This document shows positions 1 to 8,718 of a DNA stretch of 52,228 nt, piece by piece. The notes beneath the pieces are model-generated. The model was not told the DNA's origin and made no database searches. It worked only from the letters and a program-made list of their open reading frames with translations. Source of the stretch: Myxococcota bacterium (GTDB lineage Bacteria > Myxococcota_A > UBA9042 > PHBI01 > JAWLBL01); contig JAWLBL010000040.1 of assembly GCA_041687695.1 (NCBI GenBank), positions 1 through 52,228 on the forward strand, read 5' to 3'. The stretch's first letter is position 1, and every line of letters begins with the position of its first letter. A program made the position numbers and the translations under genes.

Positions 1-10
1 AATGGTCCGC

Positions 11-1009
11 ATGGCGCGGCCACTGAGAATACGGGGGGCGGGGCTCTGGCACCACGTGATGAACCGTGGGCTGGGTCGGCGTGATGTGTTTCTGGACGAC
101 AAGGATCGACTGGAGTTCCTGGAGCTGGTCGCCGAGGTTCGCGAGCGGTGGGGCGTTCACACTCACGCGATGTGCCTGATGAACAACCACTACCATCTGC
201 TCGTGCAGGACCGGGCCGACAAGCTGGGTCGCGCCATGCGCCACGTCAACGGGGTCTACACTCAGCGCTTCAACGGCCGCCGCGGGATTGACGGGCCGCT
301 GTTCCGCGGGCGGTATCGCTCGCGTGTGGTGCAGCACGAGAGCTATTTCGCGGAGCTGGTCCGGTACATTCACGCGAACCCGGTGAACGCGAAGATGGTG
401 GCGCGAGCCGGTGACTACCGTTGGAGCAGTCACCGCTCGTACCTGTCGGGGGCCACGCCGGAGTGGCTCGAACCCAGCGAGGTCGTTCGCGTCTTCGCGA
501 CCAGGTCAGCCGAGGGCCGGCGCGCGTTCGATGAATTCGTTCACGCGCGCGTCGACGTGAAGGTGCGCGCGGCCATCGAGAAGTGGGGCAAGGAACCGGT
601 TCTGGGCGATGAGGCGTTCAAGGAGGCCTGGCGCAAGCAGCACCGTGACGAGCACCAGGACGGCCGACCCGAAGTGACCTCCGAGCGGCGTTGGCTGGCG
701 GTGCGCTGCCAGGAGGTCATCGAAGAAGTCTGCGCTCACTTCGAGATCGGCGAAGACGTCATCCGCAGCTCGACGCGAGGCAGAAGGAACCTCGCCCGGC
801 AGTCGGCCATCGTCCTCTGCCTCGAGCTGACGGGATGCACAGCTACCGAGATCGCGAAAGCCGTCGCCGCCCGCCCGACGAGCGTTTCAGTCCTTGCTGG
901 CCGCTATCGTCGACAGGCCCAGGATGACGCCGAACTCGCCTCCGCTCTCGCGCGCATCCGAGCCCGCCTCCGCGAGCGACTTACCCCTGCCGACGGCGCT
1001 CAGACGTGA
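11..1009 (+). CDS. REP-associated tyrosine transposase (RAYT/TnpA-REP, HUH Y1 family) with C-terminal DnaA-C-like helix-turn-helix
   Basis: MARPLR N-terminus, HHVMNRG, HUH motif NNHYHLL, LFRGRYRS, catalytic Tyr in YIHANPV, YRWSS; C-terminal EVCAHFEI...LARQSAIVL...TEIAKAV resembles the DnaA C-terminal HTH. Start at ATG 11 preferred over ATG 2. Confidence 0.9.
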   Translation: MARPLRIRGAGLWHHVMNRGLGRRDVFLDDKDRLEFLELVAEVRERWGVHTHAMCLMNNHYHLLVQDRADKLGRAMRHVNGVYTQRFNGRRGIDGPLFRGRYRSRVVQHESYFAELVRYIHANPVNAKMVARAGDYRWSSHRSYLSGATPEWLEPSEVVRVFATRSAEGRRAFDEFVHARVDVKVRAAIEKWGKEPVLGDEAFKEAWRKQHRDEHQDGRPEVTSERRWLAVRCQEVIEEVCAHFEIGEDVIRSSTRGRRNLARQSAIVLCLELTGCTATEIAKAVAARPTSVSVLAGRYRRQAQDDAELASALARIRARLRERLTPADGAQT

Positions 1010-1150
1010 AGTTGTTTGTAAGTTGGGACTTGAGCCCTGAGGTTCTACCCCTGCCGACGGCGCTCAGACGTGAAGTTGTTTGGAGGTTCTACCCCTGCCG
1101 ATGGTGCTCAGACGTGAAGTTGTTTGTAAGTTGGGACTTGACCCCTGAGG
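982..1150. repeat. Three tandem stuttered copies of the transposase 3' end, finishing in the REP-like end motif AGTTGGGACTTGACCCCTG
   Basis: 37-nt unit tacccctgccgacggcgctcagacgtgaagttgtttg starts at 982, 1046 and 1090 (third copy has 2 mismatches); copies 1 and 3 continue taagttgggacttga(g/c)ccctgagg. Confidence 0.9.
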
Positions 1151-1244
1151 CTCGGTAGTGGTGCGGCCGTCGAGCAGCGGAGGTACGCCGACCCTTGAGA
1201 TCCAGGCGGAGAAGAACCGCATCAAGATTCGCTATGGGGACTGA
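1149..1244 (+). pseudogene. Clipped C-terminal tail of a probable polymorphic (Rhs/CDI-type) toxin gene
   Basis: Frame opens right after the repeat end (cccc-tga) with no RBS-supported start and reads GSVVVRPSSSGGTPTLEIQAEKNRIKIRYGD*; RPxSS..PTLEIQ...IKIRY resembles toxin C-termini as I recall them; stop lies 1 nt before the next gene. Confidence 0.55.
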
Positions 1245-1245
1245 C

Positions 1246-1653
1246 GTGACCAAACAGCGCCTTCGGGTTTGGAAGCCTCTCGACGGGATACCGCAGCGTC
1301 TATACTTGGAGGCGTTACACGACGACTACGAGGGGCTTCGGTTCTTGCTGCGAGCGGACGACGCCACACGGCCGGTGCTTCGGCTGACCTTCGAGTCGCC
1401 CGTCGGCTACAGGAACATCAACGAAAGCTACCGGTTGCGGACTTGGGCGTCAGTGCCGGAGATGAAGAATTTGAGCACCCTTCTAACGGTGGAGAACTCC
1501 AAGTGGGTCTCGTGGCTGGTTGATGAATCGGGCGGTGTCCTTCGGACGGAGGCTCTATTCCACTACGCCATCTACACCGAGGAGGACTGCATCGACGTGG
1601 TCACTGAGTTCCCACCGGCAGTCGAGTGGTTGCCGTCGAAGGACGACGGCTGA
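1246..1653 (+). CDS. Small hypothetical protein, probable toxin-immunity protein
   Basis: GTG 1246 with GGGGA upstream (alternative ATG 1234); WKPLDGIPQRLYLEAL...YRNINES...HYAIYTEEDCIDVV resembles proteins found downstream of Rhs toxins; more A/T-rich codons than host genes. Confidence 0.7.
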   Translation: MTKQRLRVWKPLDGIPQRLYLEALHDDYEGLRFLLRADDATRPVLRLTFESPVGYRNINESYRLRTWASVPEMKNLSTLLTVENSKWVSWLVDESGGVLRTEALFHYAIYTEEDCIDVVTEFPPAVEWLPSKDDG

Positions 1654-1691
1654 CGCCCGCCCCGCCGGTCGGCCGCCGTGCTGGACCCCAA

Positions 1692-2142
1692 AGCTCAGGG
1701 GCCACCTCCGTAAAAGTAAAATTGCTCCTGCCGAGTTCTGCCAGATCAGGGGCCACGTCCGCGAAAGATAAATTGCTTCTGCCGAGGAAAGCTCGGCGTG
1801 TTCCAGGGGGCAAGTCAGGTAGAGTCACAACTAACGAAACAACTTGTGAGGGAGCTCAGGGGCCACGTCCGTAAAAGTTAAATTGCTCCTGCCGCGTGAG
1901 AGCTCGGGGGCCACGTCCGTGGGAGCTCAGGGGCCACGTCCGGGAGCTCAGTGCTCGGTGCTCAGGGGCCACGTCCGAAAAGGTTAGTTTGCTCCTGCCG
2001 AGAACAGCTCGGCGTGTCCCAGAGCTCAGAAGCTCAGAAGCTCAGGGAGCTCAGGGGCCACGTCCGTAAAAGTTAAATTGCTCCTGCCTGAGCTCAGGGC
2101 CTGAGCTCAGGGCCCACGTCCGTAAGAGTGAAGTTGCTGCTG
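1692..2142. repeat. Irregular tandem array of REP-like unit (g)agctCAGGGGCCACGTCCGtaaaagttaaattgctcctgcc
   Basis: Core starts at 1696, 1747, 1857, 1905 (short), 1928 (short), 1963, 2052 and 2108, plus agctcag stutters and a degenerate copy of the transposase-end motif at 1804-1845; core matches CAGGGGTCAAGTCC at 12/14. Confidence 0.9.
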
Positions 2143-2227
2143 GGCGCAGCTGCCGTCGACCATGCTGGCGACCGAGCGCATGCTGCGCGGCCGGTCGTGA
2201 CCTCGCCTTGGGCGTCGCGCGCGCGGC

Positions 2228-3280
2228 TCAGACGTCGGTGCGCGTGACGTTCGGGAACTGGCAGATGAAGTCGGCCCCGAACAGGCCCGCCGGGGTCTGG
2301 TAGCCGGGGCGGGCCTCGCCGGCCAGGGCGTGGCGGGCGATCTCGAGCGAGGTCATCGCGGTGAGCGTGTAACCCTCGGGCGTGCGCAGGCGGCTCTCGA
2401 CGCGCTGGCCGGCGGCGTCGGTGGCCTCGCCCCAGACCAGGGTGTGGGCGCGGGCGCGCGCCTCGTCGCTGGGCCCCGCCGGGCCGGCCTTGACGCGCGA
2501 GAGCAGGAAGCGCTGCGCCGGCTTGGAGCCCAGCAGCCAGCCGAAGTACCCGGCGACGCGCGTCGCGGCGACCATGGCCCGGGGCAGCGCGGTGTAGACC
2601 TCGATGTTGGGGATGCCGGTCGTGCGCCAGGCGGTGGCGATGTCGCCCCACGGGATGCCGACCGACGACATCGGGCCGTCGCCGTAGTCGATGTCGCGGC
2701 GGCGCGAGCCCGAGCGCACTTGCGTCAGGCGGCCCCCGCGGCGCACGAAGTCGCCCCGGTGGAGGTTCTCGACCATGGTGGTCGCCGTCCCGCGCGAAAA
2801 CGATCCGCCCAGGCCGGCGAAGGCCAGGGTCAGGTGGGTCGCGGTCGGCAGGCGGGCCTTCAAGTGCGCGGCCAGGCAGTCGGTCGGGACGACGTCGAAG
2901 CCGGTGCCCGGCATCAGCATGACGCCGGCCTCGCGGGCCTCGGCGTCGCGGGCGGCCAGGCGCTCGAAGACCTCGGCCTCGCCGGTGATGTCCAGGTAGT
3001 GGGTGCCGGTCTTCAGGCAGGCGGTCGCCATCGGCTGGGCCGTGCGGCTGAACGGGCCGGCGCAGTGCAGGACCACGTCGACGTCCTCGAGCGCCGCCGC
3101 CAGGGCCGCCGGATCGTCCAGGCCCACCGCCCGCGAGTCCAGCTGCAGCTCGTCGGCCAGCGGCGACAGCTTGCTCTCGTCGCGCCCGGCCAGCAGCGGC
3201 CGCATGCCCTTGGACACGGCCATGCGGGCCGTCAGCGCGCCCGTGTAGCCGTAGGCGCCGTAGATCATCAGCTCGCCCAT
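2228..3280 (-). CDS. Saccharopine dehydrogenase-like NAD(P)-binding oxidoreductase (trans-acting enoyl reductase family)
   Basis: True start MGELMIYGAYGYTG (Rossmann fold), HCAGPF, HYLDITGE, GFDVVPTD, SRGT motifs. Confidence 0.9.
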   Translation of the reverse strand: MGELMIYGAYGYTGALTARMAVSKGMRPLLAGRDESKLSPLADELQLDSRAVGLDDPAALAAALEDVDVVLHCAGPFSRTAQPMATACLKTGTHYLDITGEAEVFERLAARDAEAREAGVMLMPGTGFDVVPTDCLAAHLKARLPTATHLTLAFAGLGGSFSRGTATTMVENLHRGDFVRRGGRLTQVRSGSRRRDIDYGDGPMSSVGIPWGDIATAWRTTGIPNIEVYTALPRAMVAATRVAGYFGWLLGSKPAQRFLLSRVKAGPAGPSDEARARAHTLVWGEATDAAGQRVESRLRTPEGYTLTAMTSLEIARHALAGEARPGYQTPAGLFGADFICQFPNVTRTDV

Positions 3281-3378
3281 GGGAACGCCCCTCCTGCCGT
3301 GCGGTGAGCCGACGGTATAGAGCAACCGGGCGGAGCGCGCCAGCCAGGTGCGCCTGTGCGCCGGACTACGCTCGTCCT

Positions 3379-4101
3379 TCAGCCGCCCGGCCTGCGCGCC
3401 ACGCGCCGCAGCTTGGCGTCGGCCATGCGCGTGACCGGCGGCCCGTGCCCCGAGCACAGCGCGCGGATGGGCGGCAGCGTCCGCATCACCTCGCGGACCC
3501 GCGCCCGGCAGGCGTCGACGTCGATGCTGTAGGCCGGCTTCGCCAGCGACAGCCACTCGATCGCCCGCAGCGGCGGCGGCCCCGACAGCACGCCGTCCCC
3601 GGTGAACAGCGTGCCGGTCGGCTCGTGCAGCAGCAGGCTCGACCCCTCGGTGTGCCCGGGGATGGGGATCGCCCGGAAGCGCTCGCGCCACCGGCCGTCC
3701 GCGAAGGTCTCGTCGACCTCGCAGCGCGCGGGGAAGCGGTCCTCGACCCGGCACAACACCTCGTCCACCAGCGACCCCTTCCCGCGGGCCAGCCGCTCGG
3801 GCGGCCGCCGGCCCGACAGGATCTCGGCGTCGTGCTCGTGACACACCACCGGGCAGCCGAAGCGGCGCCTCAGCCACGCCGCGTTGCCCGCGTGGTCGCT
3901 GTGCCGGTGGGTCAGCACCACCGCCCCCAGGTCGCCCCGCCGCCGCACCCCGGCGCGCCACAGGCTCCACAGCAGCGCGGGCCGCTCGAGCGGGTGCCCG
4001 GTGTCCACCAGCACGCGCCCGCACGGGCCTGCGTCGATCAACCAGACGTTCGAGATCCGCATCGCGGTCGCCAGACCGAGATGCGGCTGAATCCGCCGCA
4101 T
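3379..4101 (-). CDS. MBL-fold metallo-hydrolase
   Basis: LVDTG, THRHSDHAG, PGHTEG, FTGD, GHG motifs; GGAGGGGA RBS upstream of MRRIQP. Confidence 0.9.
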   Translation of the reverse strand: MRRIQPHLGLATAMRISNVWLIDAGPCGRVLVDTGHPLERPALLWSLWRAGVRRRGDLGAVVLTHRHSDHAGNAAWLRRRFGCPVVCHEHDAEILSGRRPPERLARGKGSLVDEVLCRVEDRFPARCEVDETFADGRWRERFRAIPIPGHTEGSSLLLHEPTGTLFTGDGVLSGPPPLRAIEWLSLAKPAYSIDVDACRARVREVMRTLPPIRALCSGHGPPVTRMADAKLRRVARRPGG

Positions 4102-4234
4102 CGTCCCCTCCAGCCTGCTCACCCGAGATGACACGACCCTCGCGCCAGCGCAACCCACCGCCGCCGTCCCGGGCCGCCGCTCGCCGCCCCCGGCCCCCGT
4201 TGACGCCGGCCGGGGTCTCTGTCATGCCTCAGGC

Positions 4235-5062
4235 ATGGAAGCCACCCGAGCCGAAGTCATCGACGCCTGGATCCAGCACCCCAACGCGCGGCTGGTCGGT
4301 CACCCGATGTTCGAGTCGCTGCGCCGCTGGATGCGCATCACCAAGGTCCCCGACCGCTTCCCGCCCGAGCTGACGCTGGCCGCGCTCGACGCCGCCCGGG
4401 TCTCGCGTGCCGTGGCCTGCGCCTGGTGGGGCCCCGAGGGGCCGCTCATCCCCAACGACGAGGTGGCCGCCCTGGTCGCGGCGCACCCGGACCGCTTCGT
4501 CGGGCTGGCCTCCGTCGACCTCGCGCGCCCCATGGCGGCGGTCCGCGAGCTACGCCGCTGCGTGCGCGAGCAGGGCTTCCGCGGCGTCCGCCTGCTGCCC
4601 TGGCTCTGGGGGCTGCCGCCCAACGACCGCCGCTACTACCCCATCTACGCCGAGTGCTGCGAGCTCGCGGTGCCCTTCTGCCTGCAGGTCGGCCACGCCG
4701 GCCCGCTGCGCCCCTCCGAGCCGGGCCGCCCCATCCCCTACCTCGACGAGGTCGCCTGCGACTTCCCCGAGCTGACCATCGTCGCCGGCCACATCGGCTA
4801 CCCGTGGACCACCGAGATGATCGCCCTGGCGACCAAGTACCCCAACGTCCACATCGACACCTCGGCCTACAAACCCAGCCGCTACCCGCCCGAGCTGGTG
4901 GCCTTCCTGCGCGGCCACGGCCGCCGCAAGGTCCTCTTCGGCAGCAACTACCCCATGCTCACCCCCGCGGCCTGCCTCGCCGAGGTCGACACCCTCGGCC
5001 TCGACGACGAGGCCCGCGCCCTCTTCCTCGCCGGCAACGCCCGCCGCGTCTTCGGCCTCTGA
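4235..5062 (+). CDS. Amidohydrolase_2 family protein
   Basis: IDAWIQHP, DRFVGLASVD, FPELTIVAGHIGYPW, NVHIDTS, KVLFGSNYP, FLAGNARRVFGL. Confidence 0.9.
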   Translation: MEATRAEVIDAWIQHPNARLVGHPMFESLRRWMRITKVPDRFPPELTLAALDAARVSRAVACAWWGPEGPLIPNDEVAALVAAHPDRFVGLASVDLARPMAAVRELRRCVREQGFRGVRLLPWLWGLPPNDRRYYPIYAECCELAVPFCLQVGHAGPLRPSEPGRPIPYLDEVACDFPELTIVAGHIGYPWTTEMIALATKYPNVHIDTSAYKPSRYPPELVAFLRGHGRRKVLFGSNYPMLTPAACLAEVDTLGLDDEARALFLAGNARRVFGL

Positions 5063-5233
5063 TCCGACGAGCCGGACCCACAGTCGCCCGGCCGCTCGGG
5101 TCACGGCCCGGCGGTCACGGGCGCGCCGATCAGACGCTGTGACGCCTGGCGACCTGACGGCCCGGCGCGGGCGAGGCCGGGCTCAGGTGGGGTCGGGAGT
5201 CCTCACCGTCGCGCCCAGGGGGCCGGGGGCTGC

Positions 5234-5515
5234 CTAGGCCGTGACGAGGGCGGCCTGGACGTCGCGGTCCTCCCAGGCGAAGGCGACCGGGATGGCGAAG
5301 CGGGTGTCGCCGAGGCGGCGGATGAAGGTGTCGACGCCGGGGACCGATCGGCGCGGGTTGACGAGGACGCTGTCGACGGGCGTGTCGAGGGCCAGGCTCG
5401 CCTCGGCGCCGGTGCGCGCGGTCACGACTTCGAAGGCGCTGGGGGCGTTGGCCAGCATCAGCTTGGAGAGGGCGTCGGTGTCGTCGATGAGGAGGATGCG
5501 CTTGGTCGGGGTCAT
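5234..5515 (-). CDS. Small atypical (pseudo-)receiver domain protein
   Basis: MTPTKRILLIDD...EVVTARTGAEA...DSVLVN: receiver-like N-terminus, Asn at the expected phospho-Asp position, only 93 aa. Confidence 0.6.
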   Translation of the reverse strand: MTPTKRILLIDDTDALSKLMLANAPSAFEVVTARTGAEASLALDTPVDSVLVNPRRSVPGVDTFIRRLGDTRFAIPVAFAWEDRDVQAALVTA

Positions 5516-5594
5516 GGAGTTCTCTCGCTGGGTTCCGGCGCCGCCGTCGGTGCTGGGGACTGTCGCTCCCACCGCTTGGGCTGCGCCGCGTTTA

Positions 5595-5611
5595 TGCAAG
5601 TTCGACGCCAA
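5595..5611 (-). promoter_or_regulatory. sigma54 (-24/-12) promoter for the pseudo-receiver gene
   Basis: Minus strand TTGGCGTCGAACTTGCA: GG-N10-GC with a TTGCA -12 element, about 80 nt upstream of ATG 5515. Confidence 0.6.
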
Positions 5612-5749
5612 ACCCTACACCCCGCGAGCGTAGTCCCGGACCCCGGATCACCCCACCGAAGCGGTCGCGACGACCGCCGGCGGAGATTCCCTTCCCGCAC
5701 CGCTCGGGCCCCGCTTGACACCTCGCCAGGCGCCGGGCAGTCAGGACCC

Positions 5750-7666
5750 ATGAGCGCACGGCCGGCCAGCTCCTCGATCGTCACGGTTCTCCTCGCCCTG
5801 GCCCTCGCCTGCGGCGGCGCGCCTGGCCCGGCCGACGCCCCCGACGGCGACGCCCCAGCGCTCGACACCCAGGGCGGCGACACCGAAGACGTCCCGGGCG
5901 ACGACGTGCCCCCACCGGACGCCCTCGCCGACGCGCTCGAGGACGTCGCCGACGCGGCGCCTCCCGACGCCGAGCCCGACACCCCGGACACCCTCGGCAC
6001 CCCCGAGCCCGAAGTCGGCTCCGACGTGGCCACCCTCGACGAGACCTCCGACTCCGCCGACGCCGACCCCGGCCCTCCCGAGCCCTGGCGAAGCGCCCTG
6101 TACCCCGAGACGTGGACCCCGGACCACACCGGCCCCGACGGCCGCTTCCTGCACGACTTCTCGTACGCGGGCTGGCGCGGCGGCGCCGACGGCGAGCCCA
6201 TGGTGACGCCGGGCCTCCTCGCCGACGTGACCACCTTCGGCGCCGACCCGACGGGCACCGCAGACTCGACCGCCGCCGTCCAGGCCGCCATCGACGCCGC
6301 CAGCGCGGCCGCGGCACCGGGCGCCCACGGCGTCGTCCACTTCCCCGCGGGCACCTACCACGTGGGAGGCACGCTGAACGTCGCCGCCTCGTGGGTGGTC
6401 CTGCGTGGCGACGGCCCCGACGTCAGCCGCCTCGTCTTCGCCAAGACCGACGGCATGAGCTTCAAGGCCCACCTGCGAATCGGCGTCGTCCCCCAACACG
6501 GCGCCGACCTCCCGCTGGCCCTCGACGCCGCCGCGCGCGACTTCACCGTCGAGGTCTCCGACGCCAGCGCGCTCGCCCCCGGCGACGACGTCGCCCTCGG
6601 CTGGACCATCACCCCCGAGTTCGTCGCCGACCACGGCATGACCGGCACCTGGGCCGCCTTCAACGGCACCTGGCAGCCCTTCTTCCGCCGCACCGTCGTC
6701 GCCGTCGACACCACGGTGGCCCCGCACCGCGTCACCCTCGACGTCCCGCTCCGCTACCCCGCCCTCGTCCGCGACGGCGCCAGCCTCCGCCCCGAGACCG
6801 GCCTCCTCCGCGAGGTCGGCGTCGAGTCGCTCGGCCTCGCCAACGCGGCCAGCTGGGAGGCCGCCTGGGACCTCTCGCAGGTCCACGCCCTCGCCCTCGT
6901 GGGCGTCGCCGACGCCTGGGTCCGGGACGTCGCCTCCTTTCCCTCCCCGCTCGCCCCCGCCTCGGGCCAGGGCGCTGGCGGCCACCTCCTCTCCGGCGGC
7001 CTCATCGTCGCCCACGCCAAGCGCGTCACCGTCGCCGACACCTCCCTCGGCTTCGCCCAGAACCGCGGCACGGGCGGCAACGGCTACCTCTTCGAGGTCC
7101 GGCAGTCCTCCGAGGTCCTCTTCCGCGACTGCGACGCCCGCGCCGGCCGCCACAACTTCATCCAGAACTGGGGGTTCGGCACCAGCGGCGTCGTCTGGCT
7201 CCGCGTCTTCACCGCCGACGGCAAGGCCCTCAACGCCAGCGGCATCGCCGTCACCGGCCTCAGCGAGTTCCACCACTCGCTCGCCATGGCCAACCTCATC
7301 GACTCCTCGGTGCTCGACGACGGCTGGGGCGCCCTCAACCGCAAGGACTACAGCTCCGGCGCCGGCCACACCTCGACCGCCACCGCCTTCTGGAACAGCT
7401 CGGGGAGCGGCCTCATCCGCTCGTACCAATACGGGCACGGTTACGTCATCGGCACCGCCGCCTCCCTCGCGGTCAAGACCGTCCCCGAGCCCCCACTGCC
7501 CGGCCTCACCGAGGAAGAGGCCGCGCTCCTCGACTCCCTCGCCCCCTGGTACGGCGCCGCCCCCGACGACTGGACCGAGGGCCTCGGCCTCGGCCCCGCC
7601 CTCATCCCCCCGTCCCTCTACGAAGACCAGCTCGCCCGCCGCCTCGCCGCCCCCCCCGCGCCCTGA
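5750..7666 (+). CDS. Lipoprotein with pectate-lyase-3-like right-handed beta-helix (probable polysaccharide-active enzyme)
   Basis: Lipobox LALAC, acidic D/P-rich linker, DFSYAGW, DVTTFGADPTGTADSTAAVQAAID, VHFPAGTY, VVLRGDG, GNGY...GRH, PSLYEDQL. Confidence 0.8.
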   Translation: MSARPASSSIVTVLLALALACGGAPGPADAPDGDAPALDTQGGDTEDVPGDDVPPPDALADALEDVADAAPPDAEPDTPDTLGTPEPEVGSDVATLDETSDSADADPGPPEPWRSALYPETWTPDHTGPDGRFLHDFSYAGWRGGADGEPMVTPGLLADVTTFGADPTGTADSTAAVQAAIDAASAAAAPGAHGVVHFPAGTYHVGGTLNVAASWVVLRGDGPDVSRLVFAKTDGMSFKAHLRIGVVPQHGADLPLALDAAARDFTVEVSDASALAPGDDVALGWTITPEFVADHGMTGTWAAFNGTWQPFFRRTVVAVDTTVAPHRVTLDVPLRYPALVRDGASLRPETGLLREVGVESLGLANAASWEAAWDLSQVHALALVGVADAWVRDVASFPSPLAPASGQGAGGHLLSGGLIVAHAKRVTVADTSLGFAQNRGTGGNGYLFEVRQSSEVLFRDCDARAGRHNFIQNWGFGTSGVVWLRVFTADGKALNASGIAVTGLSEFHHSLAMANLIDSSVLDDGWGALNRKDYSSGAGHTSTATAFWNSSGSGLIRSYQYGHGYVIGTAASLAVKTVPEPPLPGLTEEEAALLDSLAPWYGAAPDDWTEGLGLGPALIPPSLYEDQLARRLAAPPAP

Positions 7667-7674
7667 TCCTCGAC

Positions 7675-7690
7675 GGCGAGGTCTGACACC
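7675..7690. repeat. Single degenerate REP-like end GGCGAGGTCTGACACC
   Basis: 15/16 identical to ggcgaggtctgactcc at 9179-9194 and ends in the CTGACACC terminus shared with the hairpins at 11.3 and 12.05 kb; marks the left edge of the accessory block. Confidence 0.4.
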
Positions 7691-7916
7691 GACGCAACGC
7701 CCGCCACCTCGCCGCCCCCGGCGCCGTGATGCCCAGCGTCCTCCTGGAGTGCCCTCGCTCGCGAGGGCTCGTCGGATCAGCGCCGCTAGCGGCGCTCCCA
7801 ACGCCGCATCCCCTCTCCTTGGAGCCCCCTCACCGCCCCCCTGGGCTTCCCCCGCACGCCAGGCTTCGTCGGCTTCGACCGCGACCCTGAGGGCCGAGAG
7901 GGGACCGTTCGAGAGC

Positions 7917-7963
7917 GACGGCAAGTGTGGCCACGTCGCCATGATGTGGCTACACTTTCCGTC
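7917..7963. promoter_or_regulatory. 21-bp inverted repeat (probable autoregulatory operator) abutting the AbiEi start codon
   Basis: gacggcaagtgtggccacgtc (7917-7937) versus reverse complement of gatgtggctacactttccgtc (7943-7963): 18/21; TACACT -10-like hexamer at 7951-7956. Confidence 0.7.
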
Positions 7964-8539
7964 ATGTTGCTCGACGCCTTGCCCAACGCCTTCTCCCACA
8001 GCCTGGCCCAGGAGCGCGGTCTGTCGGACCGCCGCCTCAGAGGTCTCGTCGCCGACGGCGCCCTGGAGCGCCTGGGCCATGGCCTTTACCGCAAGGCCGC
8101 TGCTCCCCCGGCTGACCTCGACCGCATCGAGATCGCGCTCCGCGCGCCCGAAGCCACGCTCTGTCTGACCACCGCCCTGTCTCTCCACGATCTGACCGAC
8201 GTCATCCCCTACGAGATCGATGTGGCCCTGCCGCGCTCGCGGCGCCCCCCGAGGGTCGGCGCCCCGGTCCGGTGGCACCGCTTCCAAGAGGACACGTTCC
8301 TCGTCGGCCGCGAGACGATCGAGGTCGATGAGGGCCTGTCCTTGGGCGTCTATGGTGCCGAGCGCAGCGTCATCGACGCCTTCAGGCTCCGCCACCAGGA
8401 GGGCGAAGAGCTCGCGGTCGAGGCGCTTCGGCGCTGGCTCGAGCGGCGTGGCTCGAGGCCAGCAGACCTCCTCGCGATGGCGCGGCGCTTTCCCAAGGTC
8501 GAATCCTCGCTCCTGCAGGCCCTGAGGATCCTGTCATGA
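7964..8539 (+). CDS. Type IV toxin-antitoxin AbiEi-family antitoxin
   Basis: Winged-HTH N-terminus (GALERLGHGLYR), CLTTALSLHDLTDVIP, YGAERSVIDAFRLR, EALRRWL. Confidence 0.85.
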   Translation: MLLDALPNAFSHSLAQERGLSDRRLRGLVADGALERLGHGLYRKAAAPPADLDRIEIALRAPEATLCLTTALSLHDLTDVIPYEIDVALPRSRRPPRVGAPVRWHRFQEDTFLVGRETIEVDEGLSLGVYGAERSVIDAFRLRHQEGEELAVEALRRWLERRGSRPADLLAMARRFPKVESSLLQALRILS

Positions 8540-8586
8540 GTCCGAAACCCAGCCACGCCGACCCTTCCGTTTCGATCCACGATTGA
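8536..8586 (+). pseudogene. Possible stump of the cognate AbiEii toxin gene
   Basis: ATGA overlap with the antitoxin stop, reads MSPKPSHADPSVSIHD* and is followed by unrelated, more A/T-rich DNA; no nucleotidyltransferase ORF follows. Confidence 0.35.
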
Positions 8587-8718
8587 ATGGGAAACGCGTA
8601 GCCCGGACATCTCTTGTTCCATCGCTCCATCGCTCCAGGGCTTCAATCCGTGCACTTGGTCATTGAGGTTCAAGAGGTTCCGCCCTCTGGCGCGGGGCTG
8701 CCGCTTCAGGAGGAGATC

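Noticed and set aside
11..1009. IS200/IS605 TnpA insertion sequence
   Set aside because: Protein is much longer, carries RAYT-type NPV/WSS motifs and a C-terminal HTH, and there is no tnpB; the left end is outside the window so autonomy cannot be judged.
1692..2142. CRISPR array
   Set aside because: Unit lengths are irregular and intervening DNA is made of repeat fragments rather than unique spacers.
3281..4225. N-terminal extension making a 665-aa dehydrogenase
   Set aside because: The extension overlaps the MBL hydrolase gene in another frame; the real domain starts at MGELMIYGAYG.
5715..5745. sigma70 promoter at TTGACA upstream of the beta-helix lipoprotein
   Set aside because: No convincing -10 element at the correct spacing.
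5741..8395. Long antisense or alternate-frame ORFs (e.g. 5741-8395, 13653-15392, 26690-29068, 38793-41572, 44622-47126)
   Set aside because: Shadow ORFs of high-GC DNA: Arg/Pro/Gly-rich, motif-less and overlapping well-supported genes.
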